A stretch of 64,000 nt of DNA, from the NCBI GenBank assembly GCA_963763775.1, contig CAVXPZ010000003.1, positions 736,001 to 800,000 on the forward strand. Reading direction: 5' to 3'. Within the stretch, counting starts at the first letter, position 1; every line of letters begins with the position of its first letter. Position numbers and translations under genes: made by a program. Shown here one piece after another: positions 52,828 to 62,279 of the stretch. The notes below the pieces were generated by a model. It was given only the letters and a program-made list of their open reading frames with translations. It was not told the origin of the DNA and did not search any database. This DNA is from an uncultured Chloroflexia bacterium (GTDB lineage Bacteria > Chloroflexota > Limnocylindria > Limnocylindrales > CSP1-4).

Positions 52828-54663
52828 TTGGCCATCGACTCGCCACAGGAATTCCTCGTCCAGCCCGTCGACGCCTCCTGGCTCCAGTGCAACATCGAGT
52901 GCCAGGAAGCGTGCCCGGTCGGGACCAACTGCCGCGGCTACCTCAATCTCGCGGCGGAAGGCCGCTTCGAGGAGGGGTACATCCTGTCGCGCGACCCGAA
53001 CCCGGTCGCGGCCATGTGCTCGTACGTCTGCTCTGCCCCGTGCGAACGCGCCTGCCGGCGCGGCGACATCGACCGCCCGCTCGCGATCCGGGCGATGAAG
53101 CGGTTCCTCGTCGAGTGGCACGAGGCGTCCGGGATCCCCGACGTCATGCCCCAGATCACGGCGCGCGAGGAGCGCGTCGCGGTGGTGGGCGCCGGACCGT
53201 CCGGTATCGCCGTCGCCCGCGAGCTCGCGACGAAGGGCTACCAGGTCACCGTCTTCGACAGCCTCCCCTACGGCGGCGGCACGATGCTCATCGGCGTCCC
53301 GGCGTTCCGCCTCCCGCGCGAGGCCATCGAGATGGACGTGCGGCTGGTCGAGCGGCTCGGCGTCAAGTTCGTGTTCGACACGACGATCGGCAAGGACATC
53401 CCCTTCGACCAGCTCCAGCGCGACTTCGACGCGATCGCGATCACCGCGGGCGCGATGGACGCGGTGGCGCTCGACATCCCGGGCTCCGAGCTCGAGGGTG
53501 TCGACTACGGCGTCGACTTCATGAAGAAGGCGAACCTCGGCCAGCCGCTCGAGGTCGGGACCGACGTGGTCGTCATCGGCGGCGGCTACACCGCGATGGA
53601 CTGCTCGCGCACGAGCCTGCGCCATGGCGCCGAGCGCGTGTCGATCGTCTACCGCCGCACGCGCTCCGAGCTCGTCGTCGACGAGGAGGAGCTGGGCGAG
53701 ACCGAGCGCGAAGGCGTGCGCATGGAGTTCCTCGCCAGCCCGATCGAGATCGTCGGCGAGGACGGCAAGGTCGCCGGCGTCAGGTTCATCCGGAACCGCC
53801 TCGGCGAGCCGGACGCGTCCGGCCGGCGCTCGCCGATCCCGATCGAAGGCTCAGAGTTCATCATCCCGGCCCAGACGGTGATCCCGGCTGTCTCCCAGGC
53901 GGCGGATCTGACCTTCCTCCCGATCGAAGCGAAGTTCGAGATCAACCGCGGCCGGGTCAAGGTGGACCCCGCGACCTACGCCTCCAACGTCAAGGGCGTC
54001 TTCGCCTGCGGCGACTTCGTGACCGGCCCGACGACGCTCATCGAGGCGGCGGGCCACGGCAAGAAGTGCGCGTACGCGATCGACCGCTATCTCTCCGGCC
54101 GCACGGACGTGACGGTCGCGGCGAACGTCAAGATCACCAGCTCGTGGCGCCACGACATGCCGGAGTTCTACGACGTCCTGCCTCGCCAGCACATCCCGAT
54201 GGTGCCGCTCTCGGCGCGGATGCCCTCGACCGAGCCGGTCGTCAACTTCAACACCCCGGTCGAGCTGGGCTACGACGCCACCGGTGCGGTCGCCGAGTCG
54301 ACCCGCTGCCTGATGTGCAACTACAACATCTGGTTCGACCCGTTCCGCTGCGTCCTCTGCGGCGCGTGTGCGGATGTCTGCCCCGAGGGCGTCATCCACA
54401 TGGTCGACATCAACGCGCTCAAGTCCGAGGGGCTCCTCCCCGAGCTCGAAGAGGCCTACGGCTGGGACCAGGGCGGCGCCATGATCCTTGACGAGGAGCG
54501 CTGCATCCGCTGCGCACTCTGCGTCAAGCGGTGCCCGTTCGACGCCATTACGATGGAGCGGTTCGAGCTGCAGGAGATCTCGACCGACGGCCGGCTCTAT
54601 AAGGAGTCGTACCGAGACGCGCAACTCGCCGGGACGCCCGGCGTGGCAGGAGGAGCCCGGTGA
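52828..54663 (+). CDS. GltD/NfnB-like FAD/NAD(P) oxidoreductase with N-terminal Fe-S and C-terminal 2x[4Fe-4S] domains
   Basis: CQEACP...CSYVCSAPCERAC; GAGPSG; GGGYTAMD; FACGD; CVLCGACADVCP and CIRCALCVKRCP. Confidence 0.92.
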   Translation: MAIDSPQEFLVQPVDASWLQCNIECQEACPVGTNCRGYLNLAAEGRFEEGYILSRDPNPVAAMCSYVCSAPCERACRRGDIDRPLAIRAMKRFLVEWHEASGIPDVMPQITAREERVAVVGAGPSGIAVARELATKGYQVTVFDSLPYGGGTMLIGVPAFRLPREAIEMDVRLVERLGVKFVFDTTIGKDIPFDQLQRDFDAIAITAGAMDAVALDIPGSELEGVDYGVDFMKKANLGQPLEVGTDVVVIGGGYTAMDCSRTSLRHGAERVSIVYRRTRSELVVDEEELGETEREGVRMEFLASPIEIVGEDGKVAGVRFIRNRLGEPDASGRRSPIPIEGSEFIIPAQTVIPAVSQAADLTFLPIEAKFEINRGRVKVDPATYASNVKGVFACGDFVTGPTTLIEAAGHGKKCAYAIDRYLSGRTDVTVAANVKITSSWRHDMPEFYDVLPRQHIPMVPLSARMPSTEPVVNFNTPVELGYDATGAVAESTRCLMCNYNIWFDPFRCVLCGACADVCPEGVIHMVDINALKSEGLLPELEEAYGWDQGGAMILDEERCIRCALCVKRCPFDAITMERFELQEISTDGRLYKESYRDAQLAGTPGVAGGAR

Positions 54664-55388
54664 GTTTCCTCGAGCGGGTGGACCAGACCATCCGCCGGAG
54701 CCCGGTGTGGCGGTCGATCTTCCGCCAGCCGTACCCCCGCGACGAGCGCTCGCGCGCCTACGCGGTGATGAACAACGTCTTCCTGCACATCCACCCGGTG
54801 CGCGTCCGCCAGCACGCGGTCAAGTTCGCCTACACGTTCTGCCTGGGCGGGCTCAGCTTCTTCCTGTTCCTGGTCCTGACCGTGACCGGCGTGTACCTGA
54901 TGTTCTTCTACGTGCCGAGCGCCACGCAGGCCTACACGAACATCCTCGAGATCCAGAGCCAGGTCGTGTTCGGGCTGCTCACCCGCAACGTCCACCGGTG
55001 GGCCGCCCACCTGATGGTCTTCTTCGTGTTCCTGCACATGATGCGGGTCTTCTACCACGGCGCCTACAAGCCGCCGCGCGAGTTCAACTGGGTCGTCGGC
55101 GTGGTCCTGCTGTTCCTCACGATCATGCTGTCGTTCACCGGCTACCTGCTCCCGTGGGACCAGATCGCCTACTGGGCCATCACCATCGGCACGAACATGG
55201 GCGGCTACGCGCCGCTGTTCAACACGCCGACCAAGCTGATGCTCCTCGGCGGCCTCGAGGTCGGCCAGAACACGCTGCTGCGCTTCTACGTGCTCCACAT
55301 CATGGTGTTCCCGCTCGTGGCCGCCATCTTCCTGGCGGTCCACTTCTGGCGCATCCGCAAGGACGGAGGCATCAGCGGCCCGCTATGA
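54660..55388 (+). CDS. cytochrome b6-type subunit of Rieske/cyt b complex
   Basis: FCLGGLSF (heme ci Cys), HRWAAH...LHMMRVF, REFNW, GYLLPWDQ and LH...VH heme ligands. Confidence 0.93.
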   Translation: MSFLERVDQTIRRSPVWRSIFRQPYPRDERSRAYAVMNNVFLHIHPVRVRQHAVKFAYTFCLGGLSFFLFLVLTVTGVYLMFFYVPSATQAYTNILEIQSQVVFGLLTRNVHRWAAHLMVFFVFLHMMRVFYHGAYKPPREFNWVVGVVLLFLTIMLSFTGYLLPWDQIAYWAITIGTNMGGYAPLFNTPTKLMLLGGLEVGQNTLLRFYVLHIMVFPLVAAIFLAVHFWRIRKDGGISGPL

Positions 55389-55506
55389 CCGCCATCTGCT
55401 TCGTTGTCGCCTGCGCGCCTCGCTCACGCACCTCGAAGTGCGCTCGCTCCGGTGCTCAGCTCCGCCTTGCGTCTGACGGTCCTATCGGCCCACTCGGATT
55501 CGCAGC
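55389..55506. repeat. REP-like imperfect palindromic insert between cyt b and subunit IV
   Basis: Non-coding 118 bp with a CGCAC-CTCGAA-GTGCG core hairpin and looser flanking dyads. Confidence 0.45.
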
Positions 55507-56109
55507 ATGAGCGACGTGAAGGCGCCGCCCGAGAAGCGCGAAGTGCTGCCGGTCGATCCGACCCGTCGGACCGAGATCGACAAGCAGCGCGTCCCGATGT
55601 CGGCGCGGCCGTACCGGTTGCTCGCGCTCGTCAAGCAGGATGCCGTCGTCCGCGTCCAGAAGGAACCGGACGACACGGTCATGACCTGGCCGCACCTGCT
55701 CACGATCGAGTTCCTCGCGGCCGGCATGATGAGCATCTTCCTGCTGCTGATGGGCCTGATCATCAACGCCCCGCTCGAGGAACTGGCGAACGGCAACGTG
55801 ACGCCGGCGGTGGCCAAGGCCCCGTGGTACTTCCTCGGATTGCAGGAGCTGCTCGCCTACTTCCACCCGACGGTGTCCGGCGTCCTCGTGCCGACGTTCG
55901 TGCTGGTGGGCGCCGCCCTCATCCCGTTCATCGACCGCGCCAACATCCACACGATCCGACCGTCGGAGCGCAAGACCGCGGTCGCGCTCTTCACGCTGTT
56001 CTGCATCCTCGGCCTGACGCTGACGTTCGTCGGCATCTTCTTCCGAGGCCCCGGCTACACCTTCATCATCCCGTACGTCACGGCCCCCGGCGTCTACTTC
56101 GCCCTATGA
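55507..56109 (+). CDS. cytochrome b6f subunit IV-like protein
   Basis: WPHLL, APLEELAN, KAPWYFLGLQELL and IPFIDR; three TM segments. Confidence 0.9.
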   Translation: MSDVKAPPEKREVLPVDPTRRTEIDKQRVPMSARPYRLLALVKQDAVVRVQKEPDDTVMTWPHLLTIEFLAAGMMSIFLLLMGLIINAPLEELANGNVTPAVAKAPWYFLGLQELLAYFHPTVSGVLVPTFVLVGAALIPFIDRANIHTIRPSERKTAVALFTLFCILGLTLTFVGIFFRGPGYTFIIPYVTAPGVYFAL

Positions 56110-56134
56110 CCGCAACCCGAAGGATCCCCTCGCG

Positions 56135-56809
56135 ATGAGCAACTACCACGTCGAACCGGCCGCCAAGCCCGCCGCCCTCACGAAGGAGGCGATCAAGAGC
56201 CTGCGCAAGGAGCAGGTCCAGGGCATCTCGCGGCGGCAGCTCATGCGCACCGCCATCGGTGCCGGGATCGGGCTGTGGCTCCTCGAGGTGACCGCCGGAA
56301 CGCTCGCGTTCATCTGGCCGAACCTCTCGGGCGGCTTCGGCGCCCCGATCGAGATCGGCACGCTCGAGATCGTCAAGGCCCAGAACTCCCAGCTGCCCAT
56401 CGGCGACGGCTTCCCGGCGTACTACTCCGAGGCCCGGGCGTTCGTGATCCTCTACAACCCCGGCCAGCAGGAGTTCCTGCCCGGTGAGGACACGACGGGC
56501 AACGGCCAGGCGCTCAACGTCCGCGCGCTCTACCAGCGCTGCCCGCACCTCGGCTGCAAGCCGAACCCGTGCCAGAAGAACTTCTGGTTCGAGTGTCCGT
56601 GCCACGGCTCGCGCTACGACCGGCTCGGCCAGAAGGCCGACGGACCGCAGTACGGACCGGCGCCGCGGAGCATGGACCGCTTTTCGATCACCGTGAGCAG
56701 CGGGGGCGTGCTCACCATCAACACCGGCAAGATCACGCTCGGCCCGCTGCCGATCGCGCTCGGCCAGCCGGGGCTCATCCCGCCCCTCTCGCCCACGGGC
56801 TGCATCTGA
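56135..56809 (+). CDS. Rieske [2Fe-2S] protein with Tat signal
   Basis: SRRQLM; CPHLGC and CPCHGSRY; GPAPRSMDRF. Confidence 0.95.
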   Translation: MSNYHVEPAAKPAALTKEAIKSLRKEQVQGISRRQLMRTAIGAGIGLWLLEVTAGTLAFIWPNLSGGFGAPIEIGTLEIVKAQNSQLPIGDGFPAYYSEARAFVILYNPGQQEFLPGEDTTGNGQALNVRALYQRCPHLGCKPNPCQKNFWFECPCHGSRYDRLGQKADGPQYGPAPRSMDRFSITVSSGGVLTINTGKITLGPLPIALGQPGLIPPLSPTGCI

Positions 56810-56854
56810 CGCCGTGACCGACCTGGACCGACGAATGACCCGCCGAGGAGATCG

Positions 56855-57949
56855 ATGAGCGACACGCCCGGACGCGAGCCCGAGGAGCGTCTGCCCGCGA
56901 CCCGGCCGTCCGGTGACGTGGCGCCCGTCGAGGCCGCGCCGGTCGAGCGGTTCAGCTCGTCCGCGTCCACGCGAAGCGTGGAGCTCTCGCCGGAACGAGC
57001 CGCGCAGGTCGTCCGACAGTCGTCGAACGCCCGCTGGGTCGGGTTCCTGGCCGTCGTCGTCGTGATGCTGTTCGTGGCGATCTACTGGTTCTACGAGGTC
57101 GGCACGCCGCTCGGCATGTCCGAGTCGCGGCTGGACCAGGACGCCACGAACCAGGCCGTGGTCAACGTCGAGCGCGGCTACAACGTGTTCGAGGCGAACT
57201 GCGCGCGTTGCCACGGCGCCAATGGCGAGGGTGGCATCGGACCGAAGCTCAACGATCAGGAAAAGCTGTACCAGCACCTCAACGCGAACTACCTGAACAC
57301 CGTGCTGACGGCCGGTGGCCGATACGTCTGCGGCGACGCCAAGTCGCTCATGCCGGTCTGGTCGAACACGGCCACGCCGCCCGGGCCGCTGAACTACCGT
57401 CAGATCCAGGAGGTCATCGCGTTCATCCGCGCGACGGACGAGGTGACCTACACGATCCGCGACCCCGAACTCGGGACACCCGAGGTGGACCCGGTGACCG
57501 GCAAGGTCAAGACGTTCCAGGGCTGGGTCGACCCGAACTACCAGCCGGCGCCCGATGCCACGCCGTTCCCGGCCTGCTGGAAGGACCAGTTCACGACGCC
57601 GTCCGCCGCGCCGTCGGCCTCGGCCGGGGCGTCAGGTGGTCCGATCGCGTCGCCGACGACCGCCCCCACCGGCACGACGATCCCGCTCACCGCGCAGGGC
57701 ATCGCGTTCACCTCGACCGAGCTCACGGCCCCGGCGAACCAGGCCTTCTCCATCGAGTTCGACAACCAGGACGTCGGCGTCCCGCACAACGTCGCCATCC
57801 AGGACTCGACCGGGCAGTTCGTCTTCAAGGGCGAGACCTTCCCGGGGATCGCCAAGCAGGACTACGCCGTCTCGCCGCTCACGGCCGGGACGTACACCTT
57901 CGTGTGCACGGTGCACGCGAACATGAAGGGCACGCTGACGGTTCAATGA
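56855..57949 (+). CDS. membrane-anchored cytochrome c fused to cupredoxin domain
   Basis: TM; CARCH; MPVW; Ser/Pro linker; HNVAI...YTFVCTVHANM type-1 copper ligands. Confidence 0.9.
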   Translation: MSDTPGREPEERLPATRPSGDVAPVEAAPVERFSSSASTRSVELSPERAAQVVRQSSNARWVGFLAVVVVMLFVAIYWFYEVGTPLGMSESRLDQDATNQAVVNVERGYNVFEANCARCHGANGEGGIGPKLNDQEKLYQHLNANYLNTVLTAGGRYVCGDAKSLMPVWSNTATPPGPLNYRQIQEVIAFIRATDEVTYTIRDPELGTPEVDPVTGKVKTFQGWVDPNYQPAPDATPFPACWKDQFTTPSAAPSASAGASGGPIASPTTAPTGTTIPLTAQGIAFTSTELTAPANQAFSIEFDNQDVGVPHNVAIQDSTGQFVFKGETFPGIAKQDYAVSPLTAGTYTFVCTVHANMKGTLTVQ

Positions 57950-57994
57950 TCGGCGGTCGGTCCGTCGGATCGACCGGATGAGGATGGGAGGACG

Positions 57995-59440
57995 ATGGCG
58001 CAGCAGGCGCTCACACCCGGGATGACGGTTCCGCGGAAACGGGCCATGTTCGGCCTGCTCGACGCGGACGGTTGGGGTTGGGCGTCGGTCAAGGCCTTCG
58101 TCTGGATGGTGTTCATCATCATCATCCTCGGCTACATCCCTGACCGCGCGTACTACTTCACGGTCGGGCGCACGGTCGACCTCGGGGTCCTGGTCTGGTC
58201 GCCGATCAACCTCTGCCCGCCGACCAACGGCTCACTCCCGTGCCCGGCGCCCCTCGGCGCCGTCGTGCCGTGGGAGACCTCGCCGCCGCAGCTGGCGCTC
58301 CCGGCCGCGCGGACCGATGGCTCGATCGTCCAGGTCGGGACCAAGCTGCTGTACATCGGCGGCAGCGATGGGACCGCGGCCAAGCCCGACGTGTACGTCG
58401 CGGAGACGACCGGGACCGGGAACTTCGACAAGTGGGTCCCCGGGCCGTCGCTGCCCGTGGCCCGCTCCGACGCCTCTGCGATCTACGTCGCCGGCAAGAT
58501 CTACCTGCTGGGCGGCAAGGACGAGACGGGCGCCCCGACGGACACGGTCTTCGTCCTCACGCCGAACGCCAGCGGCGACCTCGGGGAGTGGGCCCCGGCC
58601 GACAAGCTGAAGTTGCCCGAAGCGCGCTACGGCACGGCCGCGACCGCCACCGCGGACGGTCTGCTGCTGATCGGCGGTTCGAACGCCGCCGGGCCGGTGG
58701 CGACCACCTGGAAGTCCCTCCTCGACAAGCAGGGCGCGCTCGGGGATTGGGACACCCAGGCGCCGCTCGTCCACCCGCAGTCCGACGGGGCGGCGGCGGT
58801 CGCCGGTAACTACATCTGGTACTTCGGCGGGCACGATGCGACGGGGCCGGTGGGCGCCGTCCAGCGCGGCACGCTCGGGCTGGCGGCCGCCGAAGGTTTC
58901 CCCGAGAACCCCGACGAGGGCAAGCTCGTCCAGTGGGCGATCAGCGACGCCTCCAACCTGCCGGCCGCCCGCGACGATCCGGTCGCCTGGTCGAACCAGG
59001 GGATCCTGTATGTCGCCGGCGGCTCGGACGCGAACGGCCTCCAGAAGGAGCTCTACTGGGCCCCTCCGACCGCCGACGGCGCGATCTCCGAGTGGAAGCA
59101 CCTCGACGTCAGCGACCTGCCGTATCCGCTGGCCGGCGGCGCCGCGCTCGTGAACGGCCCGGCCGCCACGATCGTCGGCGGGACGACGCCGGACGGCGTC
59201 ATCGCCTCGAGCCTACGGGGGAACGCCGCGCCGCAGGCGCCGTTCTTCCGGCTCGGCCTGCTCGGCGCGACCGTCCCGGGTCTCACGATCCAGGGCGAGA
59301 TCGGCCAGCAGCTCGGCTACCTGAACGCGGCCGGCGCGGGCACCGTCGACTTCATCATCCTGATCCTGATCGGCGTGGCGTTCGCCCACAAGGAGCAGAC
59401 CAAGGCCCTCTTCGCGAGATTGTTCCGCCGCAAGCGGTAG
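57995..59440 (+). CDS. Kelch-repeat membrane protein
   Basis: LLYIGG, IYLLGG, LLIGG, IWYFGG and LYVAGG repeats between N- and C-terminal TM segments. Confidence 0.85.
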   Translation: MAQQALTPGMTVPRKRAMFGLLDADGWGWASVKAFVWMVFIIIILGYIPDRAYYFTVGRTVDLGVLVWSPINLCPPTNGSLPCPAPLGAVVPWETSPPQLALPAARTDGSIVQVGTKLLYIGGSDGTAAKPDVYVAETTGTGNFDKWVPGPSLPVARSDASAIYVAGKIYLLGGKDETGAPTDTVFVLTPNASGDLGEWAPADKLKLPEARYGTAATATADGLLLIGGSNAAGPVATTWKSLLDKQGALGDWDTQAPLVHPQSDGAAAVAGNYIWYFGGHDATGPVGAVQRGTLGLAAAEGFPENPDEGKLVQWAISDASNLPAARDDPVAWSNQGILYVAGGSDANGLQKELYWAPPTADGAISEWKHLDVSDLPYPLAGGAALVNGPAATIVGGTTPDGVIASSLRGNAAPQAPFFRLGLLGATVPGLTIQGEIGQQLGYLNAAGAGTVDFIILILIGVAFAHKEQTKALFARLFRRKR

Positions 59441-59451
59441 GGTCGGCGCTG

Positions 59452-59723
59452 GCCAAGTGCTCCCGTCCGTGGCGGTTCCGGCCTGGCCGTCCGACCCGCA
59501 CGTTCCGACCCCGCGCCCCGGGCCCCGGGCCCCTCTCACTTCCTGCCAGATGCCACTCAGGCGAGCACTGGTCAGCGTTTCTCTGACAGATGCCACTCAG
59601 GCGAGCCGTTGACGAGATCCCAGGCTCGGAGCGAGCGTGGCCCACGCTCATCCACGACCCACCGACGACTCGGATGGCGGCGATCCCATGACGATGGCCC
59701 GCCTGATGAGCACTTGGCAGGAA
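59452..59723. repeat. cluster of short related repeats between convergent genes
   Basis: CAGATGCCACTCAGGCGAGC at 59547 and 59587; related inverted copy at 59701-59723; GCCAAGTGCTC (59452) inverted at 59708. Confidence 0.75.
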
Positions 59724-59823
59724 CTCGGGTCGGCGGCGACCCACCGCGTTGCGCGAATCGGTGGCGTCACGCCGACCCGCGGGCCCGCGTCGCTGTCGCG
59801 CCGACCCGCGCCGCAGACCGGCG

Positions 59824-60192
59824 TTACGCCGGGACGTCGCCCTCGCCGGGTTCCAACGCTCCGCGACGGACCGGCAGCCCGGCTCGTTCCCACGCGTCCA
59901 TGCCACCAGCCACGTTGACCACGTCCGTGCGGCCGGTGCGAACGAGGTAGCTCGTCACCGACGCGGACCGTCCGCCGACGTGGCAGATCACGAGCAGTGG
60001 CCGATCAGCCGGGACATCGTCGAGCCGCGCCATGAACACGGACGTCGGGATCAGCACCGCGCCTTCGGCGCGCACCGTCTGGAACTCACCGGGCTCCCGG
60101 ACATCGAGCAGCACCGGGTGCGACGGATCCTCGCGCAGCCGGCGTTCGGCTTCCGCGACGTCGATGGTCGGCACGGCACCGGGCAGGGTCAT
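59824..60192 (-). CDS. single-domain rhodanese
   Basis: LLDVREPGEF, ICHVGGRS and NVAGGMDAW. Confidence 0.9.
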   Translation of the reverse strand: MTLPGAVPTIDVAEAERRLREDPSHPVLLDVREPGEFQTVRAEGAVLIPTSVFMARLDDVPADRPLLVICHVGGRSASVTSYLVRTGRTDVVNVAGGMDAWERAGLPVRRGALEPGEGDVPA

Positions 60193-60665
60193 CGGGCTCT
60201 CCTCACGAGGGTCGGGGGTGGAAGGGTCGGACCGTCGGGATGGGCCGCGAGGTCCGCGAGGCGGAGATCGATCTCGAGGATGAGGGCCGGGACATCGACG
60301 TCGAGCCCGCCCGCGCCGCCCGCGCCCGCCGCCCGGCCCGCGCCGACACCCGCGACCCCCTCGGCCAGCCTGTCCCGTGCCCCAACCAGGTTCTTCTCGA
60401 TGCCGGGCGGGTTCCCACGCACCTCGTGGACGTACGCCGCAGCCAGTTTGATCAGGCCCTGGAGCACCGATCGCTCGGCCGGGTCCGCGCTCCCCATCCA
60501 GGCTGGCTCCAGCAGCTCGTGCGCCTCGAAGTAGTCGCCGCGGTCGTACGCGTCCAGCCCGTCCCGGACCGCGGCCACACGCACGTCAAGCGGCAGGGGC
60601 CGGTATGCCTTGGCGCGTCCATCGGCGCCGAGGATCGTCGCGGGCGCCTCCGGCCGGCCGGTCAC
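60189..60665 (-). CDS. DUF309 family protein
   Basis: YFEAHELLEPAW...QGLIKLAAAYVH...GN. Confidence 0.85.
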   Translation of the reverse strand: MTGRPEAPATILGADGRAKAYRPLPLDVRVAAVRDGLDAYDRGDYFEAHELLEPAWMGSADPAERSVLQGLIKLAAAYVHEVRGNPPGIEKNLVGARDRLAEGVAGVGAGRAAGAGGAGGLDVDVPALILEIDLRLADLAAHPDGPTLPPPTLVRRAR

Positions 60666-61108
60666 ACCAGCTCGCTGAGAGGCTGCCGGCCGCCGAACCC
60701 CGACTCCAGATCGTGCCAGAAGCCGACCTCGGCCTCGCCGAGCTTCCAGCACAGCCAGATCTGGCGGCCGTTGACGAGCGCCGGGAAGTCCACCAGCCCG
60801 TCGGGGATGTCGCGGAGGGTGATGCCCATCGCCTCGATGCGCGCGACGCCGGCCGCCATCTGGTCGATCAGGCCCTGCATCCGAAGTCGCGCGAGGCGCA
60901 GCTCGTCGGCGGCCACCGCGGCCGGCGTGGGCTCGGTGGGGGTCGCGAGGGACGCCGGCGCACCGGCCGCATCGGGATCGGGATGCGCGGCGAGCACCTC
61001 GTCGCGGAGGCGGACGAGATCGGCGCGCTGGCCTGCGAGCGTCGCCAGGATGTCCCGGAGGTCCGGCAGGGCGGCGTTGGCGTCATCGATGTCGTAGAAG
61101 TGCGTCAC
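60662..61108 (-). CDS. DUF2203 family protein
   Basis: ANAALP...LRDIPDGLVDFP...LCWKLGE...WH...GFGGRQP. Confidence 0.88.
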   Translation of the reverse strand: MTHFYDIDDANAALPDLRDILATLAGQRADLVRLRDEVLAAHPDPDAAGAPASLATPTEPTPAAVAADELRLARLRMQGLIDQMAAGVARIEAMGITLRDIPDGLVDFPALVNGRQIWLCWKLGEAEVGFWHDLESGFGGRQPLSELV

Positions 61109-61196
61109 GGAGCGGCGATTCTAGCCGGACTCGTCGCGTACCATCGAAGCGGAAGGGGCGATGGGACCGCCGACCTGATCGGCGAAGGAGGAGAGC

Positions 61197-62120
61197 ATGC
61201 GCCGGGTCTTCCTGTGGGCCGCCCGGAATCGATGGCTGAAGGCGCACCTGCCGCGACTCGGCTTCATGCGTCGCGCGGTCCGGCGGTTCATGCCGGGCGA
61301 GACCATGGACGAGGCGATCGCGGCCGCTGCACCGCTCGAGGCCGCCGGCATCCGCACGATGTACACCCGGCTCGGGGAGAACCTCGAGAGCCTGGCCGAG
61401 GCCGACGACGTCGTCGCGCACTACGTCGAACTGATCGACCGGATCGCCGCCGCGGGCTACCACGGCGAGGTGTCGGTGAAGCCGACCCAGCTCGGCCTCG
61501 ACGAGGACGCCGACGTCTGCCTCGCGCACCTCGTGCGCCTCGCCGAGCACGCGGCCGCCGCCGGCTCCTACCTCTGGATCGACATGGAGGGCAGCGCCTA
61601 CCGCGAGGCGACGATCAGCCTCTACGAGCGCCTGCGGGCGACGCAGCCGAAGACGGGGATCTGCCTCCAGGCCTACCTCCGCAGCACCGCCGACGACCTG
61701 ACGCGACTGCTTCCGCTCGACCCCGCCGTGCGGTTGGTGAAGGGCGCCTACGACGAGCCCGAGTCGATCGCCTATCGGGACAAGCGCGCCGTCGATTCGA
61801 ATTACGCGGCGCTGGCGGTCCGGTTCCTCCTCGAGGGACGCGGCCGGTCGATGCGGCTCGGGCTGGGAACGCATGACGTGGGGCTCATCGAGCAGATCGC
61901 CGCGACCGTCGAGCCGTCGGGGGTCGCCCGGGACGGCTTCGAGATCGAGATGCTCTACGGCATCCGGGCCAACGAGCAGCAGCGGCTCGCCAAGGCCGGC
62001 TACCGCGTCCAGGTGCTCATCGCCTACGGCGAGCACTGGTACCCGTGGTACATGCGTCGCCTCGCCGAGCGACCCGCGAACGTCTGGTTCGCCCTCCGCC
62101 AGATGATCCCGTCGCGGTAG
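61197..62120 (+). CDS. monofunctional proline dehydrogenase
   Basis: RFMPGE, LGE, SVKPTQLG, IDME, LQAYL, RLVKGAY, THD, MLYG and YMRRLAERP. Confidence 0.93.
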   Translation: MRRVFLWAARNRWLKAHLPRLGFMRRAVRRFMPGETMDEAIAAAAPLEAAGIRTMYTRLGENLESLAEADDVVAHYVELIDRIAAAGYHGEVSVKPTQLGLDEDADVCLAHLVRLAEHAAAAGSYLWIDMEGSAYREATISLYERLRATQPKTGICLQAYLRSTADDLTRLLPLDPAVRLVKGAYDEPESIAYRDKRAVDSNYAALAVRFLLEGRGRSMRLGLGTHDVGLIEQIAATVEPSGVARDGFEIEMLYGIRANEQQRLAKAGYRVQVLIAYGEHWYPWYMRRLAERPANVWFALRQMIPSR

Positions 62121-62169
62121 CGACCGACGCGAAGCCCGGTCGGTTCGGCCGCTCAGGTACGCTGTCGGT

Positions 62170-62244
62170 GGGCCGGTAGCTCAGCGGTAGAGCACGGGAC
62201 TTTTAATCCCTTGGTCGTGGGTTCGAATCCCACCCGGCTCGCCA
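62170..62244 (+). tRNA. tRNA-Lys (anticodon TTT)
   Basis: GGGCCGG...TAGCTCAGCGGTAGAGC...GGGA-CTTTTAA-TCCC...GGTTCGAATCC...CCA; TACGCT -10 box upstream. Confidence 0.96.
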
Positions 62245-62279
62245 GGCCCTGCCCCGCCCGGCCCGACGCTCGCTGGCGG

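Noticed and set aside
59547-59606. Mini-CRISPR
   Set aside because: Only two 20-bp repeats with a 20-bp spacer, and no leader or cas genes.
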